Assembly (NCBI GenBank): GCA_964402295.1
Contig: CAYOBO010000001.1
Location: forward strand, 99,016 to 163,015
DNA length: 64,000 bases
DNA from: an uncultured Candidatus Solibacter sp.
GTDB lineage: Bacteria > Acidobacteriota > Terriglobia > Bryobacterales > Bryobacteraceae
Direction: 5' to 3'
In this document: positions 35,539-45,691 of the stretch, piece by piece
Numbering within the stretch: the first letter of the stretch is position 1
Layout of the letters: the number at the start of each line of letters is the position of its first letter
The notes under the pieces: model-generated
Databases searched by the model: none
What the model saw: only the letters and a program-made list of their open reading frames with translations
Told to the model about the DNA's origin: nothing
Translations under genes and position numbers: made by a program

Positions 35539-37980
35539 ATGAGGTATCCAATTTCTGTGCTACTTCTCGCCGGCATCCTGTCGGCGCAATCGGACTTACA
35601 GGTGCTTCCCGCGGCCGTCGAGCTTTCCACTCCCGAGTCGCGCCAGCAACTGATCGCCGAGTCCTTCACCGCCGGCTTCCATGACGACGCCACAAGGAAA
35701 GCCACCTGGAACTCCGCCAACCCGAAGGTGGCCACGGTGGACGAAGCCGGCTTCGTCAAACCAACCGGCGACGGGGAAACCACCATTACCGCGACGCTCA
35801 ACGGAAAGACGGCCACAGCGCACGTTCGTGTCAAAGGCATGACGCAGCCTTTCGCCTGGAGCTTCAAAAACCACGTCACTCCAGTGCTGACGAAGATGGG
35901 TTGCAACCAGGGCGCATGCCACGGCGCGCAAGCCGGAAAGAACGGCTTCAAACTGACTCTCCGCGGCTACGATCCCGATGTCGATTACGACACGCTCACC
36001 CGCGCTTCCCTCGGCCGCCGCATCGCCATGGCCGATCCGCCCGCGAGTCTTCTGTTGCAGAAAGCCACGTTCGGAATCCCGCATGGCGGAGGGCTGCGCT
36101 TCAAGAAGGATTCGCTCGAATACCGTGTCATTGCCGAATGGATCGCCGCCGGCGCGCCACGTCCGCAGCCTACCGAAGCAACCGTTACCGCTCTCGAAGT
36201 CTTCCCGCGCACGGCCATCTTGAAGCCCGCGCAGGAACAGCAGATCACCGTCCGCGCCCGCTACTCGGATGGACGCCTCGAAGATGTCACCCGCTGGGCC
36301 AAATTTAGCAGCAACAACGAAGGGGCGGCGCTCGTCGATGATTACGGCAAGGTGAAAATCACCGGTAGCGGTGAAGCGGCCATCAGCGTGTGGTTCTCCA
36401 GCCGTATCGTCTACTCGCGCATGGTGTCGCCCTATCCGCACCAAGTCTCCCAAGCCGACTACGACAAATTCACCCGCCGCAATTTCGTCGACGATCACGC
36501 GCTCGCCAAGTGGAAGAGCCTCAACATCGCGCCTTCCGCGCCCGCCTCCGATTCCACCTTCATTCGCCGCGCCTACCTCGATGCCGCCGGTATTCTGCCT
36601 TCCGCCGAAGAAGTGGAGCAGTTTCTTGCCGACAAAGCCGCCGATAAGCGCCAGAAGCTGATTGACGGCCTGCTCCAGCGCGACGAGTTCGCGGACTACT
36701 GGGCCTATAAATGGTCCGATCTGCTGCTTGTCTCCAGCCGCCGCCTCCAGCCCAACACGATGTGGGCTTTCTACAACTGGATCCGCGACAGCGTCAAAGC
36801 CAACAAACCCTGGGATCAATTCGCCCGCGACATCTTTACCTCCAGCGGCAACACGCGCACCAACGGCGCGCTGAATTATTTCTTCCTGCACAAAGACCCC
36901 ATCGACCTCACGGAAAACGTGACGCAGGCGTTTCTCGGACAGCGCCTTACCTGCGCCCGCTGCCACAATCATCCGCTCGAAAAGTGGACCCAGACGCAGT
37001 ATTACCAACTCGCCAATCTCTTCGCCCGCGTCGGCATCAAGTCCAACAGCGCCGATCCGAACGACGTCGTCGTCTTCGCCAAGTCCACCGGCGACGTGAA
37101 TCACCCCCGTCTGCTGCGTCCGCTGCCGCCCACTCCACTGGATGGCGAGCCCCTCGATCTCGACTCCACCGAGGACCGCCGTGTGCACTTCGCCAATTGG
37201 CTGACGTCGCCCAAGAACCCGTACTTTGCCCGCAATATCGTCAACCGGGTTTGGGGCAACTTCATGGGCCGCGGCCTCGTCGATCCCATCGATGACGTGC
37301 GCGAAGCCAACGCCGCTTCGAACGAGGAGCTCTTTGCCGCTCTCGTGAAGGACTTCGTCGATCACGGTTACGATATCCAGCACCTCATCCGTACGATCAT
37401 GAACTCCGGCGTCTATCAGCTTTCCTCCGACGCCAACGCCACCAATCAATACGATGGGGTCTACTATTCGAAGTACATCGTGAAGCGGCTGCCCGGAGAG
37501 GTGATCCTCGATGCCATGTCGCAAGTCACGGGCGTTCCCACTGCCTTCCCCAACTATCCCGCCGGCACGCGCGCGCTGCAATTGCCCGACACCCAGGTGG
37601 TCTCGCGATTCCTCACCGTCTTCGGCCGCCCCAACCGCGTCATCTGCGACGCCTCGGAGCGCTCCTCGGACCCCAGCATCGCGCAAGCTCTCCACGTCAT
37701 CAACGGCGACACATTGAACAAGAAACTGAGCGCACCCGATGGAGCAGTCTCGCTCTTGCTCAAGCTCGGGCTCTCCGATTCGCGCATCCTCGAACATCTA
37801 TTCCTGTCCGCCTACTCGCGCTATCCCAACGAAACCGAGCGCACCGCATCGCTTGCCGCATTGCGCCAATCGCGGGAAATCAAGGGGACGGCGGCGCAGG
37901 TGCTCGAATCCCGGCGGCAGGCCATCGAAGACATGATGTGGGCGCTGCTCACCAGCAAAGAGTTCCTCTTTAACTACTAA
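35539..37980 (+). CDS. Big_2 plus cytochrome-like motif plus DUF1549/DUF1553 domain protein
   Basis: Signal peptide MRYPISVLLLAGILSAQS. A Big_2 unit (WNSANPKVATVDEAGFVKPTGDGETTITA). GCNQGACHG followed by GKNGFKLTLRGYDP. DUF1549-like FVDDHALAKWKSLNIAPSAPASDSTFIRRAYLDAAGILPSAEE. CARCHNHPLEKW. C-terminus LTSKEFLFNY. Start moved to ATG 35539, 4 nt after the DUF1501 stop. Confidence 0.85.
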   Translation: MRYPISVLLLAGILSAQSDLQVLPAAVELSTPESRQQLIAESFTAGFHDDATRKATWNSANPKVATVDEAGFVKPTGDGETTITATLNGKTATAHVRVKGMTQPFAWSFKNHVTPVLTKMGCNQGACHGAQAGKNGFKLTLRGYDPDVDYDTLTRASLGRRIAMADPPASLLLQKATFGIPHGGGLRFKKDSLEYRVIAEWIAAGAPRPQPTEATVTALEVFPRTAILKPAQEQQITVRARYSDGRLEDVTRWAKFSSNNEGAALVDDYGKVKITGSGEAAISVWFSSRIVYSRMVSPYPHQVSQADYDKFTRRNFVDDHALAKWKSLNIAPSAPASDSTFIRRAYLDAAGILPSAEEVEQFLADKAADKRQKLIDGLLQRDEFADYWAYKWSDLLLVSSRRLQPNTMWAFYNWIRDSVKANKPWDQFARDIFTSSGNTRTNGALNYFFLHKDPIDLTENVTQAFLGQRLTCARCHNHPLEKWTQTQYYQLANLFARVGIKSNSADPNDVVVFAKSTGDVNHPRLLRPLPPTPLDGEPLDLDSTEDRRVHFANWLTSPKNPYFARNIVNRVWGNFMGRGLVDPIDDVREANAASNEELFAALVKDFVDHGYDIQHLIRTIMNSGVYQLSSDANATNQYDGVYYSKYIVKRLPGEVILDAMSQVTGVPTAFPNYPAGTRALQLPDTQVVSRFLTVFGRPNRVICDASERSSDPSIAQALHVINGDTLNKKLSAPDGAVSLLLKLGLSDSRILEHLFLSAYSRYPNETERTASLAALRQSREIKGTAAQVLESRRQAIEDMMWALLTSKEFLFNY

Positions 37981-38928
37981 ATGAAACGGCGAAGCTTCTT
38001 GTCGCTCCTTCCCGCCGCTGTCTTCGCACAGCAGAAGCAAGCGCGCATCTACTCGATGGCGTTCTCGCCCGGCGGCGACCTTCTCGCTCTCGGTGGATTT
38101 CGCGAAGTGCGCCTTGTCGATCCCGTAACGGGGAAACCCGTTTCCACCCTCACCGGCCACGTCGACGCCGTGCGAGCCCTTGCCTTCACACCCGATGGCA
38201 AACACCTCGCCGCGGGCGGAGGCATCCCAGGCAAGAAGGGTGAAATCAAAGTCTGGGACGTCGGCGCCCGTGCCGTGCGGCTCACCGCCGAAGGCCACAG
38301 CGATTGCATCTACTCGCTTGCCGTCTCGCCCGACGGAAAGACCATCGCCACCTCCAGCTACGACAAGCTGATCCAGCTTTGGGATGCTTCCACCGGCGCG
38401 AAAATCCGCACGCTGAAAGACCACATCGACGCTGTCTACGCGCTTTCCTACACGCCCGATGGATCGCGCCTGCTCTCCGGTTCCGCCGATCGCACCGTGA
38501 AAATCTGGAATCCGAAAACCGGTGAACGCCTCTACACATTGAGCGATGCCGTGGACGGCATCAACAGCATCGCCGTCAGTCCCGATGGCCGGCAAGTGGC
38601 CGCCGGCGGCATCGACAAAACCATCCGCATTTGGGCGCTGGGCGCTTCCGCCGGCGAGCTTCGCAATACTCTCATCGCCCACGAAGATGCCATTCTCCAA
38701 GTGGCATGGTCGCCCGATGGCGCAACGTTGCTTTCCGCCTCCGCCGACCGCACCATCAAGATCTTCGACGCTTCCGATCTCACCGAACGCAAGTCGATTC
38801 CCAACCAGCCCGATTGGGTGCTGGCCCTGCGATTCGCCGCCGGCGGCAAACGCTTCGCCGCCGGACGCTACGACGGTTCGCTCACCTTCTACGACGTGAC
38901 CACAACACCAAAGGTAGCCGCACGATGA
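37981..38928 (+). CDS. WD40-repeat beta-propeller protein, secreted
   Basis: The start follows the upstream stop with no gap. Signal peptide present. Repeated ...GH.D.V..LA.SPDG... units end in IKVWDV, IQLWDA, VKIWNP, IRIWAL, IKIFDA. Confidence 0.88.
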   Translation: MKRRSFLSLLPAAVFAQQKQARIYSMAFSPGGDLLALGGFREVRLVDPVTGKPVSTLTGHVDAVRALAFTPDGKHLAAGGGIPGKKGEIKVWDVGARAVRLTAEGHSDCIYSLAVSPDGKTIATSSYDKLIQLWDASTGAKIRTLKDHIDAVYALSYTPDGSRLLSGSADRTVKIWNPKTGERLYTLSDAVDGINSIAVSPDGRQVAAGGIDKTIRIWALGASAGELRNTLIAHEDAILQVAWSPDGATLLSASADRTIKIFDASDLTERKSIPNQPDWVLALRFAAGGKRFAAGRYDGSLTFYDVTTTPKVAAR

Positions 38929-41327
38929 AACGCACGACGATTCTTCTGCTCTTGTTCGCCGCGGCGATGGCGGCGCAAAAAACGGATCATCCCACGGGTT
39001 CGCGGATCACGCCGCCCACGGTGCGCGACGTGGCGCCCCTTGGGGTCTCCCGCGGCACCACTGTCGAGATGACTGTGGAAGGCTTCAACCTCGCCAAGGC
39101 AACCGGTATCTACTTCAGCGAGCCCGGCATCAAGGGCCGCATCGTACGCATTAAAGAGCTGCCCGATCTACCCGATGTGCGCCTGGGTTCCAATGGCACT
39201 CCATCCACCATCGATCTCGGCCCGCTGCCGCCGCGCAACCAGGTCACCGTGGAACTCGACATCGCACCCGATGCCGAAATCGGCGTGGCCACATTTCGTT
39301 TATTGACGCCGCTCGGCACCAGCCCGGAAGGCCGCGTGCTCATCGAGCCCTACTATGGGGAAAGTGCCGACAGAGAACCCAACGACACGCTTGAAGGTGC
39401 ATTTGAAGCCTATCTGCCGTCCATCTTGGCCGGCGCGATATCGAAGCCGGGCGATATCGACCACTACAAGATCCAGGTCAAAGCCGGTGAAGAGATCGTC
39501 TTTGAAAACGCGGCGACGCAAATCGGTTCCACCCTCCAGCCCGTCGTCGCCATTCTCGCCGCAGACGGCTCCGTCATCGCCGAACACGGCCGCGTAGATC
39601 CGCAGGACGCCCAGGTCTTCTCCCATCGCTTCGAGAAAGCAGGAGCCTACTACGTCCGCATCGCCGACTACCAGCTCTCCGGCCGTGCATCCAATTTCTA
39701 CCGCTACAAAGTGGGCCGCTTCCCCGTCATCACCAGCGTCTATCCGCTCGGCCTGCGGCGTGGGGAAACCCGCGAGATCACCTTCTATTCACCCGGCGCC
39801 GCCACGAAGCTGCAAGTCACCGGACAGCCTTCCCCAGAAGACGATAGCGTCGTCATCCTGCGCCCCAAGATAGGGAAGGGAAAAGCGTTCAACGAAATCA
39901 AACTCGCTCTCGGCGACGAGCCGGAGATCGAATCCGCTCTCAGCAATACTTCCGTCACCGCCGCCCAACCGGTTACGCTGCCGGTTACCATCAACGGCCG
40001 CATCGCTGCTCCCTCGCAAGCGAGCCACTTCCGTTTCCGCGCCGCCAAAGGCCAGCCTGTCGTGCTGGAGGTGGAAGCCCGCCGTCTCGGCTCCGAACTC
40101 GATTCCGAAATCGAAGTGTTCGATGCCAAGGGTAAGCCCATCGAGCGCGCCGTCGTCCGCGCCGTCTCCGAAACCTTCACCGTCCTGCGCGATCACAACG
40201 CCGTCACCCCCGGCATCCGCATCCAATCCTGGAACACGCTTGCCGTCGGGGACTACGTGCAAATCGGCGGCGAAATCCTCAAGATCAACGCCCTCCCTCG
40301 CGGCCCCGATGACGACTTCCAATCCGAATCCTTCGGCGGTATCCGCATCGCCTACTTCGGCACATCGAGTGAAGCGCACGCCATCGATAAGCCCGTCTAC
40401 AAGGTGCAGATCCACCCCCCTGGTTCGAACTTCACGCCCAACGGCCTGCCCCTGACGCGCCTCTACTACCGCAACGACGACGGCGGCCCAGGCTACCTCA
40501 AGGATTCCTATCTGCACTTCATCGCGCCAGCAGACGGCGAATACATCGCCCGCATCCGCGACGTGCGCGGCACGGGCAGTGAGCGGCACGCCTATCGCCT
40601 CAGCATCCGCGGCCCGAAGCCCGATTTCCGCCTCACCATGAATCCGCGCAATGCCAACGTTCCGCTTGGCGGATCCATCCCCATCACCGTCACTGCCTTC
40701 CGCATGGACGATTTCGACGGCCCTATCGAAGTGTCCCTCGATGGCCTGCCCGCTGGATTCACGGCCACGAAAGGCACGATTGCCAAAGGACAAACCAGCA
40801 CGGTGCTGTTGATCAGTGCTGCCGCTTCGGCGAGCCTTACAGACGTCGTGCCGATGCAGATCGCCGGCCGCGCTACAGCGGGCACACGTCAACTCATCCA
40901 CAAAGCCAATCCCGGCGACCGTTTGAGCCTGGCCGCTGTACGGCCCATGTCGGACGTGCTGCTCACTGCCGAAACCCGTGAAGTGGAATTAGAAGCCGGC
41001 AGCACCGCGGAGATCGAAGTCTCCGTTGCACGCCAGCGCGACTACGGCGGCCGCGTCCCGATCCAGGTGCTCAATCTCCCGCCCCGCGTCCGTGTCCTCG
41101 ACGTCGGCCTCAATGGCGTGCTGGTGAACGAAAACGAATCCAAGCGGAGCTTCACCATCGAAGCGCTCGCTTCCGCCGAACCGATCGAGCAAATCATCTA
41201 CGTCGCGGCGGTAGTGGAAACCCGCTCCACGCAGCCCAGCATCTTCGCTGCTCCGCAGGCCATCCGCCTGCGCGTGAAACCGAAGCCGCAACTGTCATCG
41301 TTGGGTGCATCCGCTCTCCTAAAATAG
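38925..41327 (+). CDS. secreted protein with pre-peptidase C-terminal (PPC)-type domain and Ig-like repeats
   Basis: ATGA overlap with the WD40 stop. Signal peptide MKRTTILLLLFAAAMAA. PPC-like EPNDTLEGAFEAYLPSILAGAISKPGDIDHYKIQVKAGEEIVFE and a second YRLSIRG-type unit. Confidence 0.75.
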   Translation: MKRTTILLLLFAAAMAAQKTDHPTGSRITPPTVRDVAPLGVSRGTTVEMTVEGFNLAKATGIYFSEPGIKGRIVRIKELPDLPDVRLGSNGTPSTIDLGPLPPRNQVTVELDIAPDAEIGVATFRLLTPLGTSPEGRVLIEPYYGESADREPNDTLEGAFEAYLPSILAGAISKPGDIDHYKIQVKAGEEIVFENAATQIGSTLQPVVAILAADGSVIAEHGRVDPQDAQVFSHRFEKAGAYYVRIADYQLSGRASNFYRYKVGRFPVITSVYPLGLRRGETREITFYSPGAATKLQVTGQPSPEDDSVVILRPKIGKGKAFNEIKLALGDEPEIESALSNTSVTAAQPVTLPVTINGRIAAPSQASHFRFRAAKGQPVVLEVEARRLGSELDSEIEVFDAKGKPIERAVVRAVSETFTVLRDHNAVTPGIRIQSWNTLAVGDYVQIGGEILKINALPRGPDDDFQSESFGGIRIAYFGTSSEAHAIDKPVYKVQIHPPGSNFTPNGLPLTRLYYRNDDGGPGYLKDSYLHFIAPADGEYIARIRDVRGTGSERHAYRLSIRGPKPDFRLTMNPRNANVPLGGSIPITVTAFRMDDFDGPIEVSLDGLPAGFTATKGTIAKGQTSTVLLISAAASASLTDVVPMQIAGRATAGTRQLIHKANPGDRLSLAAVRPMSDVLLTAETREVELEAGSTAEIEVSVARQRDYGGRVPIQVLNLPPRVRVLDVGLNGVLVNENESKRSFTIEALASAEPIEQIIYVAAVVETRSTQPSIFAAPQAIRLRVKPKPQLSSLGASALLK

Positions 41328-41331
41328 AAGA

Positions 41332-42336
41332 GTGCCCCATCAAGTCACCCTCTTACCCGGCGACGGCATCGGTCCCGAAGTCGCCGCCGCCACTGTTCGT
41401 GCTGTCGACGCCACAGGCGTAGCCATCGACTGGGATCGCGTCGAGCTTTCCGGCGAAGTCATCGAACGCACCAAACAGTCCGTCCCCGATTCCGTCATCG
41501 AATCGCTCAACCGCACGCGGGTTGGACTGAAAGGCCCCGTCACTACCCCCGTCGCCGGCGGCTTCCAAAGCGTCAACGTCGCCCTCCGCAAGAAGTTCGA
41601 TCTCTTCGCCAACGTCCGCCCCGTTAACTCCCTCCCGGGCATCAAGACACGCTTCCAGGACGTCAACATCGACATCGTCATCTTCCGCGAAAACACCGAA
41701 GATCTCTACTCCGGCCTCGAGCACGAAGTGGTCACCGACGTCGTCACCAGCCTCAAAGTCATCACCCGCGCCGCGTCCATCCGCATCGCCAAATACGCCT
41801 TCGAGTACGCCCGCGCCAACGGCCGCAAGAAGATCACCGCCATCCATAAGGCCAACATCATGAAGCTCGGCGACGGCCTCTTTCTCCGCTGCGCCCGCGA
41901 AATCGCCCAGCAATACCCCGAAATCGAATACCAGGAACTAATCGTCGACAACGCGTCCATGCAATTGGTGATGCGCCCCGACGTCTTCGATCTCCTCCTG
42001 CTCCCCAATCTCTACGGCGACATCGTCTCCGATCTCGCAGCCGGTCTTGTCGGTGGACTGGGACTCGTTCCTGGCGCCAACATGGGCGAATCCCACGCCG
42101 TTTTCGAAGCCGTACACGGCAGCGCCCCCGATATCGCCGGCAAAGGCATCGCCAATCCCACGGCCCTCATGCAATCCGCCGTCATGATGCTTCGCCACCT
42201 CAATGAGCGCGAAGCTGCCAACCGTCTCCAGCACGCCATCGCCAAGGTGTACGCCGAGGGCAAAACGGTCACTGCCGACATCGGAGGCACTGCCACCACC
42301 ACGCAATTCACCGATGCCGTGATTGCCGCCCTGTAA
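41332..42336 (+). CDS. icd: NAD-dependent isocitrate dehydrogenase (isocitrate/isopropylmalate dehydrogenase family)
   Basis: 334 aa with a GTG start. [44 protein letters not shown] (IDH3-like rather than LeuB-like), and [19 protein letters not shown]. Confidence 0.85.
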   Translation: MPHQVTLLPGDGIGPEVAAATVRAVDATGVAIDWDRVELSGEVIERTKQSVPDSVIESLNRTRVGLKGPVTTPVAGGFQSVNVALRKKFDLFANVRPVNSLPGIKTRFQDVNIDIVIFRENTEDLYSGLEHEVVTDVVTSLKVITRAASIRIAKYAFEYARANGRKKITAIHKANIMKLGDGLFLRCAREIAQQYPEIEYQELIVDNASMQLVMRPDVFDLLLLPNLYGDIVSDLAAGLVGGLGLVPGANMGESHAVFEAVHGSAPDIAGKGIANPTALMQSAVMMLRHLNEREAANRLQHAIAKVYAEGKTVTADIGGTATTTQFTDAVIAAL

Positions 42337-42354
42337 CACGATAACCTGTAGATA

Positions 42355-43269
42355 ATGCGCTGTTCCGACATTGCCGTCATCGGCGCGCCTCTGGATCTGG
42401 GAGCTGGAAGGAGGGGCGTCGACATGGGCCCATCCGCCATCCGCGTCGCCAATCTCGATGCTCGCATCGCCGCCCTCGGCTACCGTGTCCACGACTACGG
42501 CAACGTCGATGCGGAACAGGCCGAAAGCGTCGAACCCGGCCACGTTTCGGCGCGTTACCTCCGCGAAATCGCCGCCACCTGCAAACGCATCTCCGCCACC
42601 GTGCAGAAAGCCCTTGCCGCCGGTGAACTTCCGCTCGTTCTCGGCGGCGATCATTCCGTGGCCGCCGGCACGGTTTCCGGTGTGGCGCGACATTACCGCA
42701 AGCAGAAACAATCCATCGGACTGATCTGGATCGACGCTCACGCCGACATGAATACCCCCGAAACATCGCCCAGCGGAAATGTTCACGGCATGCCGCTTGC
42801 CTGCATTGTCGGCATGGGTCCCCGCGAGCTCACTCACCTCAACGGCTTCTCCCCCATCGTCGATCCGCGCAATGTCGTCCTCGTCGGCGTTCGCGATGTC
42901 GATCAGCTCGAAAAACCCCACGTGAAGCAGAGCGGTGTGCACGCCTTCACGATGCGCGACATCGATGAACGCGGACTGCGCGCCATCATGAAGGAAGCCA
43001 TCGAAATCGCCGCCGCCGGTACCGCCGGATTCCACCTCTCCTTCGACATGGATTCCGTCGACCCCCAATTCGCCCCCGGCGTCGGCACCCCCGTCCGCGG
43101 CGGTATCACCTACCGCGAAGCCCACTTGGCCATGGAAACCATCAACGATTCCGGCCTCATGCTGTCTATCGAAATTGTGGAAGTGAACCCAGTCATCGAC
43201 GAGGTGAATCGCACCGCCGAACTCGCCGTCGAATTGGCCACGTCCGCTCTTGGAAAGAGGATCTTGTGA
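42355..43269 (+). CDS. rocF: arginase
   Basis: Ureohydrolase metal motifs [21 protein letters not shown] and SFDMDSVDP, plus the arginase-type [10 protein letters not shown]. Confidence 0.9.
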   Translation: MRCSDIAVIGAPLDLGAGRRGVDMGPSAIRVANLDARIAALGYRVHDYGNVDAEQAESVEPGHVSARYLREIAATCKRISATVQKALAAGELPLVLGGDHSVAAGTVSGVARHYRKQKQSIGLIWIDAHADMNTPETSPSGNVHGMPLACIVGMGPRELTHLNGFSPIVDPRNVVLVGVRDVDQLEKPHVKQSGVHAFTMRDIDERGLRAIMKEAIEIAAAGTAGFHLSFDMDSVDPQFAPGVGTPVRGGITYREAHLAMETINDSGLMLSIEIVEVNPVIDEVNRTAELAVELATSALGKRIL

Positions 43270-44243
43270 GAACACGCGTTGCCGTCATTTATGGAGGACG
43301 GAGCGGCGAACATGAAATCTCGTTGCGCTCGGCAAAGTCCATCATCGAAGCCATGGACCCCGAAAAATACCAGGTGCTGCACTACCTCATCTCCAAGGAA
43401 GGCCGCTGGTCGCCGAAGCCCATTCAGCCCGAACCCGGTTCCAATTCCCACATCGACGTCGTTTTCCCCGTGCTCCATGGCACCTTCGGCGAAGATGGCA
43501 CCGTCCAAGGATTACTCGAACTTGCCGACTTGCCGTACGTTGGCCCCGGCGTATTCGCCTCCGCCGCCGCCATGGATAAAGACGCCATGAAGCGGCTCTG
43601 CATCGAGCGCGGATTACCCGTCGTCGAATGCGTCACTCTCACCACGCCACAAATCGACCCAGCCGTCATTGAGGCCAGGTTCGGTTTTCCTGTGTTCGTG
43701 AAACCCGCCAATCTCGGCTCCAGCGTCGGCATCAGCAAAGCCCGCAATGCAGAGGAACTGGAAGCCGCCGTCAAACTTGCCGCACAATTCGACCGCAAGA
43801 TCATCGTCGAACGCGCCATCCTCGGCCGCGAGCTCGAATGTGCCGTTCTCGGCAACGAGGAACCCGAAGCCTCGCTCCCCTGCGAGATTCTGCCTTCCAA
43901 GGAATTCTACGACTACGAAGACAAGTACCTCCTCGACAAAGCGCAATGCTTGGTGCCCGCGGACCTGCCGCCGGCAACCACCGCCGAACTCCGCGGCATC
44001 GCTGTCGAAGCCTACAAAGCCGTCCAGTGCGAAGGCATGTCGCGCGTCGACTTTCTCCTCGAATCCGCAACCGGCAAACTCTACATCAACGAGATCAATA
44101 CCATTCCCGGTTTCACGTCCATTAGCATGTTCCCCAAAATGTGGGAACACTCCGGGCTACCCATGCCCAAACTGGTCGACCGGCTGCTCGAACTCGCCAT
44201 CGAGCGCCACAAAACGCGAAGAGCACTGCGGTACTCCATCTGA
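43266..44243 (+). CDS. ddl: D-alanine--D-alanine ligase
   Basis: GTG start overlapping the arginase stop. VAVIYGGRSGEHEISLRSA, HGTFGEDGTVQGLLEL, FVKPANLGSSVGISK, and EINTIPGFT. Confidence 0.93.
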   Translation: MRTRVAVIYGGRSGEHEISLRSAKSIIEAMDPEKYQVLHYLISKEGRWSPKPIQPEPGSNSHIDVVFPVLHGTFGEDGTVQGLLELADLPYVGPGVFASAAAMDKDAMKRLCIERGLPVVECVTLTTPQIDPAVIEARFGFPVFVKPANLGSSVGISKARNAEELEAAVKLAAQFDRKIIVERAILGRELECAVLGNEEPEASLPCEILPSKEFYDYEDKYLLDKAQCLVPADLPPATTAELRGIAVEAYKAVQCEGMSRVDFLLESATGKLYINEINTIPGFTSISMFPKMWEHSGLPMPKLVDRLLELAIERHKTRRALRYSI

Positions 44244-45691
44244 TGCCAGCCTTTCTCCCAGCTCTGTTGCTGCTGTTCGCCGACGATCCCGCGGCGCAAC
44301 TCGGAACGCTGCTCAAACAGTTCGTCGACGTATTCAACATCGTCGATACTCACGCCGCCGATCCCGTCTCTCCGCAACAGGCGCTCTACCAGGGAGCCAT
44401 CCCGGGCATGCTTCGCGGCCTCGATCCGCACTCCATCTTTTTCGATCCCGCCCAGTTTGAACAACTCAAGGAACTCGAGCGCAGCACGAAGAAAGGCTTC
44501 GGCAGCGTTGTCAGCGTGCTGCCCGGCCGCGTCATCTTCCTCCAGACGCTCCCCGGTACTCCTTCGGCGCGCGCCGGCATATCCGCCGGCGACGAAATCC
44601 TCGCCATCAACGGCATTCCCCTCGCCCAGCTCGACATGGATCAGCTCATCCAGTTGCTCACCGAATCGCGCCAGCAGCAGGCCCGCCTCGATGTCAAGCG
44701 CCAGGGCAACGCGCGCCTCCTCACCTTCGTCATGACTCCGGAAGATGTCGAATCTCCCGCTGTCGACCGAGCCTTCCTTCTCAAAAACAACACCGGCTAC
44801 ATCCGTATCTCCAGCTTTGAAAGCGAAACCGGCAAGCAGCTCCAGGACGCCATCGAAAAGCTCGGCGGCGATAAGCTTCAGTTCCTCATCCTTGACTTGC
44901 GCAACAATCCGGGCGGAGTCCTTCCCGCCGCTCTCGACGTCGCCTCGCTCTTCCTCCCTCCCGGCACGAAAATCCTCTCCATCCGCGGCCGATCCAAGGA
45001 GGAGGAAACCGTCAAAGTATCCGAAAAGGCCAAGCCCTACTCCTGCAAAGTAGCCGTACTCCTCAATGGAAAATCCGCGAGCGCTTCGGAGATCGTAGCG
45101 GGCGCCATGCAGGATCACGACCGCGGCTTCGTTCTCGGCGAGCCCAGCTTCGGCAAGGGACTGGTGCAGAGTGTCTTCCCGCTCTCCTCCTCTTCCGGCA
45201 TGGCGCTCACCACGGCCTATTACTACACCCCCAGCGGACGCTCCATCCAGCGGCCTTTGCGCAACTCCACCCTCGATCAGGTCACCCAAGCCAAGCAGCC
45301 CGAATACAAGACCGCGAAAGGCCGCACCGTGCGCGGCGGCGGAGGCATCGTTCCCGATGAAATCGTCTTCCCGGAAGGGGTCACCCAGTTTCGCGCGGTC
45401 GTCGATGCCAGCGCCATCCTCACCACATTCGCGACGCAATACACCCTGAAACATAAAGTCGACGAAACGTTCGATATCACTCCCGCCCTCCTCGATGAAG
45501 TCCAGGTGTTCCTCTCCGAGAGCCGCATCCGTCCGAGCCTCGCCGAATGGTCCCGCGAACGGGATTGGATCAGCTCCCGCGTCAAACAGGAAATCCTTAA
45601 TCAGGCTCTCGGCGTTGAAAAGGGCGATGAAGTCGAACTCCGGCGGGATCCCGTCGTCCTGCGCGCCATGTCCATGTTAGGAGTCCTCTAA
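44243..45691 (+). CDS. S41 carboxyl-terminal processing peptidase
   Basis: ATG overlaps the ddl stop (TGATG). PDZ segment (GISAGDEILAINGIPL), LILDLRNNPGG, and catalytic GKSASASEI followed by GEPSFGKGLVQ. Confidence 0.9.
   Translation: MPAFLPALLLLFADDPAAQLGTLLKQFVDVFNIVDTHAADPVSPQQALYQGAIPGMLRGLDPHSIFFDPAQFEQLKELERSTKKGFGSVVSVLPGRVIFLQTLPGTPSARAGISAGDEILAINGIPLAQLDMDQLIQLLTESRQQQARLDVKRQGNARLLTFVMTPEDVESPAVDRAFLLKNNTGYIRISSFESETGKQLQDAIEKLGGDKLQFLILDLRNNPGGVLPAALDVASLFLPPGTKILSIRGRSKEEETVKVSEKAKPYSCKVAVLLNGKSASASEIVAGAMQDHDRGFVLGEPSFGKGLVQSVFPLSSSSGMALTTAYYYTPSGRSIQRPLRNSTLDQVTQAKQPEYKTAKGRTVRGGGGIVPDEIVFPEGVTQFRAVVDASAILTTFATQYTLKHKVDETFDITPALLDEVQVFLSESRIRPSLAEWSRERDWISSRVKQEILNQALGVEKGDEVELRRDPVVLRAMSMLGVL

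Noticed and set aside
35596-37797. 733-aa ORF antisense to the DUF1549/DUF1553 gene
   Set aside because: Same reasoning: low-complexity translation opposite a gene with multiple family signatures and a proper signal peptide.
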